A program made the position numbers and the translations under genes. From Alphaproteobacteria bacterium (lineage in GTDB: Bacteria; Pseudomonadota; Alphaproteobacteria; MPNO01; UBA830), in assembly GCA_022822405.1 (NCBI GenBank), contig JAJEBT010000066.1, positions 25,464 to 89,463 of the forward strand: a stretch of 64,000 nt of DNA, written 5' to 3'. The notes below the pieces were generated by a model. That model did no database searches. It saw only the letters and a list, made by a program, of their open reading frames with translations, and had not been told where the DNA came from. Below are positions 8,308 through 16,714 of this stretch, piece after piece. The stretch's first letter is position 1. Each line of letters opens with the position of its first letter.

Positions 8308-9630
8308 GTGGACGGAACAATACACGGCACCGGCATGGGCGGTCTGCTCGAGGACGATACCGAAGCCGGCATCTTCCGGGTCGACCGCGCCATCTATCTC
8401 GACGAGGCGGTCTTCGAGGCCGAGATGAAGACCATCTTCGAGGGCGACTGGCAGTATCTGTGCCACGAGAGCCAGCTGCGTGAGCCCGGGGACTACCTGG
8501 CGACGCATCTCGGCCGCCAACCGGTCTTCGCTCATCGTCAGCAGGACGGCAGCCTCAAGGCCTTCCTCAATGTCTGCTCGCACCGCGGCGCGGTGCTCAC
8601 GCCGCTGCGCCAGGGCAACGCCCGCACCATCACCTGCCGCTTCCACGGCTGGACGTATGACTGTTCGGGCGCCTGCATCCGGATCAAGCAGCAGGACACC
8701 GGCTACCCCGGGGACTTCGACCGCAGCGCCTACGACCTCAGGGAGATCGGTGCGCTGGAGAGCTACAAGGGCTTCGTCTTCGGCAGCCTGTCGCCCGATG
8801 TCGCGCCGCTCGAGACCTTCCTCGGGCAGTCGCGGGCCTTTCTCGATTTCGTCGCCGACCAGTCGGCGGCGGGCATGGAGGTTCTGCCCGGCTCGCAGAC
8901 CTACCTCGTCGGCGGGAACTGGAAGATGTCCGTCGAGAACGCCGTCGACGGCTACCACACGAGCACCGTCCACCGGGTCTTCGCCACCACCGTGCGCCGG
9001 CGCGAGAACCGGGAGGGTTATGAGGGCATGATGAGGACGGAGGTCGGGCGGCTGGCCAGGAAGGTGCGCACGGGCTGCTACGATCTTGGCCGCGGCCACA
9101 TGGTGATCTGGGCCGACCGCGACCCGGTGGCCACGTCGCCGCTGTCGGAGGCCGAAGAGCGCCTCGAGCGGGAATATCCCGCAGGCAAGGTCGACTGGAT
9201 GCTGCGCCGCGGCCGCAACCTGATCGTGTTTCCGTCGCTGATGATCAACGACTTTGCGGCCACGCAGATTCGCGTCTTCCGGCCGCTTTCGGTGGATCAG
9301 ACGGAAGTCACCATCCATTGCCTCGCCCCGTCTGACGAGAGCAGGGAGGCGCGCTATGCGCGGCTGCGCAAGTTCGAGGACTTCTTCATGGCCAGCGGAA
9401 TGGCGACATCCGATGACGTGTCGGCGCTCGAAGCCTGTCACGAGGGGAGCCGCGGCCGGCTCGCGAGATGGTGCGAGTTCCATCGCGGGATGCCGTCGGT
9501 CGTGACGGGGCCGGACGATGCCGCCGCCGGCGGCGGGTTCCATCCGGAGACGAGCAACTCGAGTTGGGATCACGAGACGCTCTATCACAGCTTCTACCGC
9601 CTGTGGCGCGAGAAGGTGGAACAGGCGTAG
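8308..9630 (+). CDS. Rieske ring-hydroxylating oxygenase, alpha subunit (copy 1)
   Basis: Rieske motif CSHRGA...CRFHGW and mononuclear-iron motif NAVDGYHTSTVH are both present. GTG start at 8308; an alternative ATG is at 8335. Confidence 0.85.
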   Translation: MDGTIHGTGMGGLLEDDTEAGIFRVDRAIYLDEAVFEAEMKTIFEGDWQYLCHESQLREPGDYLATHLGRQPVFAHRQQDGSLKAFLNVCSHRGAVLTPLRQGNARTITCRFHGWTYDCSGACIRIKQQDTGYPGDFDRSAYDLREIGALESYKGFVFGSLSPDVAPLETFLGQSRAFLDFVADQSAAGMEVLPGSQTYLVGGNWKMSVENAVDGYHTSTVHRVFATTVRRRENREGYEGMMRTEVGRLARKVRTGCYDLGRGHMVIWADRDPVATSPLSEAEERLEREYPAGKVDWMLRRGRNLIVFPSLMINDFAATQIRVFRPLSVDQTEVTIHCLAPSDESREARYARLRKFEDFFMASGMATSDDVSALEACHEGSRGRLARWCEFHRGMPSVVTGPDDAAAGGGFHPETSNSSWDHETLYHSFYRLWREKVEQA

Positions 9631-9640
9631 GGAGGGCGCG

Positions 9641-10963
9641 ATGGATTCGGGAGTGATGTCGCAGGGCGCGTCGCCGCTGGTGGACGACCGTGTCGCGGAG
9701 GGCGTCTTCCGGGTCGACCGTGCTGTCTACACCGACCCGGCGATCTTCGAGCGGGAGATGGACAGCATCTTCGCCAGATGCTGGGTGTTCCTCTGCCACG
9801 ACAGCCAGGTCGCCGCCCATGGCGACTATTTCTGGACCGAGATCGGGCGCCAGCCCGTATTCGTGCATCGCCAGAAAAACGGTTCGCTCAAGTGCTTCAT
9901 AAATGCCTGTTCCCATCGCGCGGCGGTGCTCACCCCGTTCCGGCAGGGCAACGCGAAGACCCTCACCTGCCGCTTTCACGGCTGGACCTATCGCTGTGAC
10001 GGCGCCTGCATCGGAATCAAGAACGAGGAAGAGGGGACGGACCGCAGCCGCTACGATCTGCGCGAGATCGCCCGGCTCGACAGCTACCGGGGCTTCGTCT
10101 TCGGGTGCCTCGACGCGGATGTCATGCCGCTCCGGGACTGGCTCGGCGCCGCCCGCAGCTGGATCGACCTCCTTGCCGTCCAGTCGCCGGACGGGCTGGA
10201 GGTCGTCCCGGGCAGTTCGACCTACGCCGTCGACGGCAACTGGAAGCTCCAGGCCGAGAACTCGGTCGACGGCTACCATGTCTCGACCGTCCATCGCGTG
10301 TTCGCAAACACCATCGCCGCGCGCGAGAGCAAGGGTGAATATACCGGTATCCGCAGGACCGAATCGGGGCGCCTCGCCAGCGCCCTGGTGCCGTCGGCTC
10401 AATACGATCTTGGAAACGGGCACATGGCAATCTGGGCCCAGCACATGACGCCGGAGGTGAGGCCGATCTGGGAGGCGAAAGAGCGCCTGGCGCAGGATCT
10501 TCGCCCGGTCGAGCTTGACTGGATCCTGAATCGCGGCCGCAACCTCTATCTCTTTCCCAACGTCATGCTGATGGACAACCCTTCGACCCAGATCAGGATC
10601 GTGAAGCCGCTCGCCGCCGATCGCGCCGACGTCACCGTCTATTGCATAGCGCCGAAGGGGGAGAGCGATCGTGCACGTGCGGGCCGCCTGCGCAAGTTCG
10701 AGGACTTCTACCTGACGTCGGGCATGGCGACGTCCGACGACATCGCGGCGCTCGAGAGCACCCATGAGGGCGCGGGCGCTGTGGACGCGAAGTGGAACGA
10801 CTTCAATCGCGGCATGGACGAGGTGACCGAGGGTGCCGACGAGGACGCCCGGCGCCTCGGATTCGAGCCGGCGGCATCGGCCGCCAACTGGGACCACGAG
10901 ATCATCTATCACGGCTTTTACCGTCAGTGGCAGCGCATGTTGAACGGGGACGCGCAGGAATGA
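9641..10963 (+). CDS. Rieske ring-hydroxylating oxygenase, alpha subunit (copy 2, paralogue of copy 1)
   Basis: ATG at 9641 lies 8 nt after the copy-1 stop and is preceded by gggaggg. Motifs CSHRAA...CRFHGW and NSVDGYHVSTVH are present. The protein is colinear with copy 1 over its whole length. Confidence 0.85.
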   Translation: MDSGVMSQGASPLVDDRVAEGVFRVDRAVYTDPAIFEREMDSIFARCWVFLCHDSQVAAHGDYFWTEIGRQPVFVHRQKNGSLKCFINACSHRAAVLTPFRQGNAKTLTCRFHGWTYRCDGACIGIKNEEEGTDRSRYDLREIARLDSYRGFVFGCLDADVMPLRDWLGAARSWIDLLAVQSPDGLEVVPGSSTYAVDGNWKLQAENSVDGYHVSTVHRVFANTIAARESKGEYTGIRRTESGRLASALVPSAQYDLGNGHMAIWAQHMTPEVRPIWEAKERLAQDLRPVELDWILNRGRNLYLFPNVMLMDNPSTQIRIVKPLAADRADVTVYCIAPKGESDRARAGRLRKFEDFYLTSGMATSDDIAALESTHEGAGAVDAKWNDFNRGMDEVTEGADEDARRLGFEPAASAANWDHEIIYHGFYRQWQRMLNGDAQE

Positions 10964-11448
10964 CCGATTTGCAGACCGAGGCGAGCAACCTGATCTGTCG
11001 CGAGGCGACGCTTCTCGACCGGCATCTCTGGGACGACTGGATCGACCTTTACACCGAGGATGCCGTCTACTGGGTGCCGTCATGGGTGAACGAGGAAGAG
11101 ACGACCGACGACCCCGAGCTGCAGTTGAACCTGATCTATCTGCGCAATCGCGGGGGCCTGGAGGACCGGGTGTTCCGCATCGAATCACGTGATTCCTACG
11201 CGTCGGTGCCGCTCGACCGCACCGTCCACCTTGTCGGCAACATCGTCGTCGGCGAGGAGAAGGATGGCGAGGTGGAGGCGATGGCAAGCTGCCTCGTGCA
11301 TTCCTACGGCAAGAAGGGGAGCCTGACCCGCGGCAGCCTCTATGACTTCAGACTCAGACGGGTCGACGGTGCCCTCAGGATCTGCCGAAAGAAGATCACC
11401 TTCATCGATGATCGACTTGAGGGGCCGATCGACGTGTATCACCTGTGA
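10960..11448 (+). CDS. ring-hydroxylating dioxygenase beta (small) subunit
   Basis: The start overlaps the alpha-2 stop (ATGA at 10960-10963). The product MTDLQTEASNLICREATLLDRHLWDDWIDLYTEDAVYWVP is typical of the SnoaL/NTF2-like beta subunit. Confidence 0.8.
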   Translation: MTDLQTEASNLICREATLLDRHLWDDWIDLYTEDAVYWVPSWVNEEETTDDPELQLNLIYLRNRGGLEDRVFRIESRDSYASVPLDRTVHLVGNIVVGEEKDGEVEAMASCLVHSYGKKGSLTRGSLYDFRLRRVDGALRICRKKITFIDDRLEGPIDVYHL

Positions 11449-12485
11449 TGCTTGCGCTGTGCAAGATTGAAGAGGGGCTCGGCGGCGTTGCCGTCCGCTC
11501 CGTGGAGCCGCGGGATGCAGGCGCCGGTGAGATCCGCCTGAGTATCGGCGCTGCCGGAATCTGCGGGACGGACATGCAGATCTACAACTGGGCGCCCCGG
11601 ATGGCGCGCAGGATGAAGCTTCCGCGCGTGCTCGGCCATGAGGCCAGCGGCGTCGTCGACCAGGTCGGCGAGGGGGTCGACGACATCAAGGTCGGTGACC
11701 ATGTCAGTCTCGAGAGTCACATCTATTGCGGCGTGTGCCGGCCGTGCCGCCTCGGGCGCGCACACCTGTGCAACGCCACCACCTATCCCGGAATCGACAT
11801 CGACGGCGTCTTTGCCGACCACGTGACCGTTCCGGCGCGCATAGCGTGGCGGAATCCGCCGGACCTGCCCCATGAGGTCGCGGCCATGCTGGAGCCGTTC
11901 GGCATTGCCGTTCATGCCTGCCTGGAGGGTTCGGGCGTCGCCGGCCAGACGGTCCTCGTCAATGGCTGTGGACCGATCGGACTCATGGCCGTCGCTGCCG
12001 CGCGCGCGCTCGGCGCCGCCCGCGTGTTCGCTGCCGACCTGAACCCGCTGCGCCTCGCGACCGCCGAGGCGATGGGCGCCGACCGGGCGCTGAAGGCGGA
12101 CGAGACGGACGTCGTGGCTGCGGTGCGCGACATGACGTCGGGCGAGGGCGTGGATGTCGGAATCGAGTTCTCCGGTTCCGAGGCCGGCTTCCGGGCGGTA
12201 TTCGAGAGCCTGTGCAAGGGCGGCGACTTCCGTCTCGTCGGGGCGCCGCCCGCGGCGATCCCGGTGGATTTCACATGGTGGCTTCTCAAGTGCCCGCGCA
12301 TGATCAACATCCACGGCCGCCGCATTTGGGAGACCTGGCAGCAGGCGACTGAATTGATCCATGCGGGGGCTGTCGATCTCGGTCCCGTCCGAAGCCATGT
12401 GCTGCCGCTGTCGGAAGCCGCGGAAGGCTTCGAACTGATCCGCCGAGGCGAAGCCGTCAAACCGCTTCTCGTTCCGGGGGCGTAG
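11445..12485 (+). CDS. zinc-dependent alcohol dehydrogenase (threonine/sorbitol dehydrogenase-like MDR)
   Basis: The start overlaps the beta-subunit stop (GTGATG). Motifs are GHEASGVV, the structural zinc cluster CGVCRPCRLGRAHLC, and the Rossmann segment LVNGCGPIGL. Confidence 0.8.
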   Translation: MMLALCKIEEGLGGVAVRSVEPRDAGAGEIRLSIGAAGICGTDMQIYNWAPRMARRMKLPRVLGHEASGVVDQVGEGVDDIKVGDHVSLESHIYCGVCRPCRLGRAHLCNATTYPGIDIDGVFADHVTVPARIAWRNPPDLPHEVAAMLEPFGIAVHACLEGSGVAGQTVLVNGCGPIGLMAVAAARALGAARVFAADLNPLRLATAEAMGADRALKADETDVVAAVRDMTSGEGVDVGIEFSGSEAGFRAVFESLCKGGDFRLVGAPPAAIPVDFTWWLLKCPRMINIHGRRIWETWQQATELIHAGAVDLGPVRSHVLPLSEAAEGFELIRRGEAVKPLLVPGA

Positions 12486-12488
12486 GCC

Positions 12489-13508
12489 ATGGGTGCGCAC
12501 GAGGTGACGCTGGTCTTCGAGGACGGGCGGGTGGCGCGGTTCGAAGCCAACGAGAACGACAGCGTCTATCTTGCCGCCCTCAAGAACCGCGTGCGGATCC
12601 TCACCGACTGTCTAGAGGGTGCGTGCGCGACCTGCAAGGGCGTGTGCACGTCGGGGGACTACTATCTCGACGAATACGAGGACGAGGCGCTGTCGGCGGC
12701 CGAACGTGAACGGCGCGAGGTGCTCACCTGCCGGATGCATGTCACGTCCGACTGCGTCATCGAGTTCCCCTACGCATCGCGCATCGCGCTCAAGACGGCG
12801 CCGACAAGCATTCCGTGCAAGGTCGTAGAAGTCGACATGGTCGCGTCCGCAGTGGCTCGCCTCGTGATTGCGCAGGACGCGGAGAGCGCTCCGGTTTCGT
12901 TCATCCCCGGCCAGTATGTGCATCTTTCGGTTCCGGGAACGGACGCCCAGCGGTCCTATTCGTTCGCCAACAAGGTGGGGACGAATCGCCACGCCTTCTA
13001 CGTCAAGATTCTCGAACAGGGGGCGATGAGCGACTACATTTCAAAAAGGGCCGCGCCCGGGGACGAGATCACGATGACGGGCCCGTTCGGCCGGTTCTAT
13101 CTCCGCCCGCAGGAACGCCCGTCCGTGATGGTGGCAGGCGGAACCGGGCTTGCGCCAATGCTCAGCATGCTCGACACGCTTGTTTCGCCGGGGGAGGAAG
13201 GGGCGCCGGTGCGCCTGCTCTACGGCGCCAACAGGCCGGAGGAACTCTTTGCCCTCGACCAGCTGTCCGGCTATCGGGAAAAGGGTATCGATCTCGAGAT
13301 CGAGCTGTGTGTTGTCGAGACTTCGAGCGGCTGGACCGGCAGTTCAGGTCACATCACGTCGCTGCTGCGCGACGAGATACTGAACGGCGGCAACTGCGAG
13401 GTTTATCTCTGCGGTCCGCCGCCGATGATCGAGGCAGCGGAAGCGGCGTTGGCGGCCCGGTGCGTCGACCCGTCGCGGATTCACGCGGAGAAATTCGTAG
13501 CGAGCTGA
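12489..13508 (+). CDS. oxygenase electron-transfer component (plant-type 2Fe-2S ferredoxin fused to FAD/NAD(P)H reductase, BenC/XylZ-like)
   Basis: It has an N-terminal CLEGACATCKG...C cluster. This is followed by the FNR-type motifs RSYSFAN, MVAGGTGLAPM and YLCGPPPM. Confidence 0.85.
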   Translation: MGAHEVTLVFEDGRVARFEANENDSVYLAALKNRVRILTDCLEGACATCKGVCTSGDYYLDEYEDEALSAAERERREVLTCRMHVTSDCVIEFPYASRIALKTAPTSIPCKVVEVDMVASAVARLVIAQDAESAPVSFIPGQYVHLSVPGTDAQRSYSFANKVGTNRHAFYVKILEQGAMSDYISKRAAPGDEITMTGPFGRFYLRPQERPSVMVAGGTGLAPMLSMLDTLVSPGEEGAPVRLLYGANRPEELFALDQLSGYREKGIDLEIELCVVETSSGWTGSSGHITSLLRDEILNGGNCEVYLCGPPPMIEAAEAALAARCVDPSRIHAEKFVAS

Positions 13509-13616
13509 CAGCCGTCCGTGTGGTCGCGGATGCGCGCTGCTCGCGGTTGCCGTGTTGCGGGTGTCATGCTCTTGCTTGCGCTTCGAGCGTGAAGCAGTTT
13601 GACCATTCCCCGCACC

Positions 13617-14030
13617 ATGAAGAGGAATGGTGAAAGGCAAGCATTACGATTCGCAGTCTCGATGACTGAAAATGCTCTGTTGCGCGTACGCGCTGCCGAA
13701 CACAGATGCTCCATGAAAGAGGAAGTGCGGATCATCTTGCGCGACGCCGCAAGCGGCAGGACAGCGGGTCCTCGCGATCTGGCAAAGTTTACCCGTGAAT
13801 GCTTCGCGCTCTTTGGTGGTGTCGAGTTCGAACTTCCGCCACGCGGCTGTGGCAACATACACCACCAGCCATGGCCCGGCGGTGTCCAGACCGCGCAGGC
13901 CACGTTCTTCCTAAGATGGTCACGGTTCATAGGAATACGCGATCGTAGTATACTTGCAGGCCATCCCACATGTTGCCTGATGGATTCCAAGCCGTGTGAC
14001 CTGATGTTGTCGGCCTGGAACGAGGTTTGA
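13617..14030 (+). CDS. ribbon-helix-helix antitoxin-like protein (FitA/VapB type), orphan and possibly 3'-extended or degenerate
   Basis: LLRVRAAEHRCSMKEEVRIILRDAAS...DLAKFTRECFALFGGVEFELPPRG matches the usual pattern of FitA/VapB antitoxins up to ELPPR. The frame then runs on for about 60 unrelated codons into AT-rich DNA. No PIN toxin gene follows. Confidence 0.4.
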   Translation: MKRNGERQALRFAVSMTENALLRVRAAEHRCSMKEEVRIILRDAASGRTAGPRDLAKFTRECFALFGGVEFELPPRGCGNIHHQPWPGGVQTAQATFFLRWSRFIGIRDRSILAGHPTCCLMDSKPCDLMLSAWNEV

Positions 14031-14055
14031 ACCTTCCACGTTCAAAGGGAGAGTC

Positions 14056-15897
14056 ATGATGTTTGAGCTCATTCAACCTAACCTTCAAGACGTTCTTCGT
14101 GATGCGCAGATTGGGAAACTGCAACTTCCTGATTTTCAACGCGGGTGGGTATGGGAAGAAAACGCCATCGCAAGTCTCGTCGCTTCGGTCGCTCGGAGTT
14201 TCCCTGTCGGTGCACTTCTTTCCCTGAAGACCGGTGGCGCCATCCGTTTTCAGCCACGGATCATCGAGGGAGCCACAGAAAAAGGTACAACGCCGGATGA
14301 ACTTCTCCTTGATGGCCAACAGCGCGTGACGTCGCTCTTCCAAGCCTTCATGCGCGATGAGCCTGTAGATACGCGAACGGCGCAGGGGAAAAAAAGAAAG
14401 GTATTTTATTACTTCAACATTGAGCGCTCGTTGGAAGCTTCATTTCCCGAGGACGCCATCGAAATTGTGAATGAATCCAAAGTGGTCAGCAAGGATTTTG
14501 GCCGAAAATTTGTACGCGAATTGACGACCAGAGAGGCTGAGTATAAGAACATGCGCTATCCTGCAAACGCGGTGTTTGATTCTAGAGATTGGTTTAACGG
14601 TTGGATGGCGTACTACGAGTACGAACAGGAGAAAATAACCCTATTCCAGAAATTTGAAAAGGATGTACTTGTTCCAATCAGGAACTACATGTTGCCAATG
14701 ATACGACTGGAAGATGAAACCTCAAAAGAAGCGATCTGTCTCGTTTTTGAAAAGGTCAATACTGGTGGTAAGAAACTCGACGCATTTGAACTTTTGACTG
14801 CGATATTTGCGGCATCGAGTAAAGTTAATCTACGCACAGACTGGTATGGAGAGAAGGGAACGCTAGGACGTGAGGAGCGGCTACACAAATTTGATGTTCT
14901 CAAGGGAATTGATCGCACAGATTTCCTTCGGGCTATTTCTCTTGCCCATACATATGAAAATCGCCGCACTTCCGAAGCTGAAGGCAAGACGGGGAGAGAA
15001 CTGCCTACTGTCTCCTGCAATCATGCGGCCCTCCTCGATATTCCGGCAGATGCTTACGAACGGTGGCGCGGCGCGATCACAAAGGGGTTCGAGAATGCCG
15101 CCCGATTCCTACACGGTCACGGGGTGTTTTGGTGGAAGGATGTACCCTATCCGGCGCAGGCGACCGCACTCGCCGCATTCTTCGCGATACGTGAAAACCA
15201 GCCGCTTACCGCAGCCGAAAGGAGAATGATAGAGCGGTGGTTCTGGTGCGGCGTCTTCGGCGAGCTTTATGGTAGTTCGACCGACACTCGGCTTGCGAAT
15301 GATGTGGAAGATATGACTCGCTGGCTTGGCGGGAAGCAAAGCGAGCCACGCACGATCAGTTCGGCGATTTTCAGCGAATCACGGCTGGATACTCTCTACA
15401 CCCGCACCTCCGCAGCTTACAAGGGGGTCCACGCACTCCTCTTGAAGTACGGTGCTATGGATTTCTTGACGGGGGAACGAGTCGACGTGGCGAATTACTT
15501 CTCTGAAAGCTTCGATATTCATCACATCTTTCCACGCCATTGGTGCGGAAACCAAGAACCGTCCATTCCGCGTGCTCTATACAATAATATAGTCAACAAA
15601 ACTGCGATTTCATCGCGTACAAACCGAAAAATAGGAGGCCGTGCACCTTCGACATATTGTCAAAATCTGGATGAACATATGAGTGATAACGAAGTTTCGC
15701 TGGACGAAATCTTGAATAGCCATAAAATCGATCCCGAATTGCTGCGTTCCAACGCATTTCATGAATTCTACACCACACGAAAAACAGCGCTTCTCACCAT
15801 GATTGAGGAGGCTATGGGCAAAGCCGCACATCGTGATGGCGTTGGTAGTCTTGAGGACTATGACGAGCAACAAATGGATGAGTCGCGAGCGGCATAA
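14056..15897 (+). CDS. DUF262/DUF1524 nuclease (GmrSD/BrxU-type, putative type IV modification-dependent restriction enzyme)
   Basis: The N-terminal ParB-like DUF262 motifs are LQLPDFQRGWVWE and LLLDGQQRVTSL. The C-terminal His-Me finger/DUF1524-like motif is FDIHHIFPRHW...NNIVNKTAISSRTNRKIG. The SD-like sequence gggagag lies upstream of the ATG. Confidence 0.75.
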   Translation: MMFELIQPNLQDVLRDAQIGKLQLPDFQRGWVWEENAIASLVASVARSFPVGALLSLKTGGAIRFQPRIIEGATEKGTTPDELLLDGQQRVTSLFQAFMRDEPVDTRTAQGKKRKVFYYFNIERSLEASFPEDAIEIVNESKVVSKDFGRKFVRELTTREAEYKNMRYPANAVFDSRDWFNGWMAYYEYEQEKITLFQKFEKDVLVPIRNYMLPMIRLEDETSKEAICLVFEKVNTGGKKLDAFELLTAIFAASSKVNLRTDWYGEKGTLGREERLHKFDVLKGIDRTDFLRAISLAHTYENRRTSEAEGKTGRELPTVSCNHAALLDIPADAYERWRGAITKGFENAARFLHGHGVFWWKDVPYPAQATALAAFFAIRENQPLTAAERRMIERWFWCGVFGELYGSSTDTRLANDVEDMTRWLGGKQSEPRTISSAIFSESRLDTLYTRTSAAYKGVHALLLKYGAMDFLTGERVDVANYFSESFDIHHIFPRHWCGNQEPSIPRALYNNIVNKTAISSRTNRKIGGRAPSTYCQNLDEHMSDNEVSLDEILNSHKIDPELLRSNAFHEFYTTRKTALLTMIEEAMGKAAHRDGVGSLEDYDEQQMDESRAA

Positions 15898-16033
15898 CCG
15901 ATCGCGCCATGAGAATTGTTTAGGGGTTTATATCGTTGACTGCGCAAGTCGGGGAAGGGTTATCCGGGCGGATTGACGATTCGGGAGGCGAGGTTACATG
16001 GAGTGAAAGCCCGCCACGATAAGGATTACAGCC

Positions 16034-16261
16034 GTGTCTCAAGATTATCCTAATCCAGATTATCCCACACAGCCCGAACCGCTGGATCTCCCAAATCTAA
16101 AGGCTCAGCTGATATTATCACCGGATACTTACACTGGAACGAAGAGACTATCTCTACAGTTTTCGGTCCGCCTCCCTGGGTATTTGCCGCTGGGGCCGGA
16201 TTTTGAGAGTGGGGTTCCCTTGACCCTGAATCCGGAGGACACACAGCATCTTGCGAAGTAG
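16034..16261 (+). CDS. hypothetical small protein (75 aa)
   Basis: GTG start with AGGA 8 nt upstream. The product is proline-rich with no recognisable family. It ends about 50 nt before the shared hairpin. Coding status is uncertain. Confidence 0.25.
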   Translation: MSQDYPNPDYPTQPEPLDLPNLKAQLILSPDTYTGTKRLSLQFSVRLPGYLPLGPDFESGVPLTLNPEDTQHLAK

Positions 16262-16311
16262 CTGTGTGAGTCTTACTGCCAGTTCGGACAGGGTGCTTCG
16301 GACTCGGAATA

Positions 16312-16336
16312 GCGTTCGACATCAGGAGTCGAACGC
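16312..16336. terminator. perfect 9-bp hairpin between convergent small ORFs (possible bidirectional terminator)
   Basis: The stem is gcgttcgac (16312-16320), the loop atcagga, and the second arm gtcgaacgc (16328-16336). The loop contains the stop codon of the minus-strand ORF. There is no clear U-tract on either side. Confidence 0.35.
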
Positions 16337-16522
16337 CAACAGTGCGCCCAGGGCGTCAGGAGCGTCGGCAGTATCGGCGTCGGCCTCGATCTCCAACTCT
16401 GCAACCTCAGCGTCAGCTTCGGCATCGATTACTTCGGTGTCGGTGGCTATATCGGTGGGCACGGGCTTGGGCGGGGTTGCGGTATCGGCGGACTTGTCTT
16501 CCGCCACCTTCAATCGGAACAT
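16322..16522 (-). CDS. hypothetical very acidic small protein (66 aa)
   Basis: The ATG has GGAGA 8 nt upstream. The product MFRLKVAEDKSADTATPPKPVPTDIATDTEVIDAEADAEVAELEIEADADTADAPDALGALLAFDS has roughly 20 Asp/Glu against 4 Lys/Arg. G-start codons (GAC/GCC/GAG) dominate this frame. The opposite strand also holds an open Ser/Ala-rich frame, so this call is tentative. Confidence 0.35.
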   Translation of the reverse strand: MFRLKVAEDKSADTATPPKPVPTDIATDTEVIDAEADAEVAELEIEADADTADAPDALGALLAFDS

Positions 16523-16714
16523 GCGACCGATCTCCGTCTGGTTTGGACTTAGGATATATGCGATCCGCGCCAGATTATGCCGTGAAGCGTACAGCGACAG
16601 AAGGCAAGATCACTAGTGGACGACATTTGCGACTTGGGGTATAGTCGGTATGCACCCATCAGCTGCATATAATAACCTGCTCTCCTTTAGAAGGTAGAAA
16701 CGGATAAACAAACT

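Noticed and set aside
7021-9588. 855-aa minus-strand ORF
   Set aside because: It is entirely antisense to the amidohydrolase and Rieske alpha-1 genes, which have clear motifs. The product is Arg/Pro/Ala/Gly-rich with no recognisable domain. This is a typical shadow ORF of high-GC DNA.
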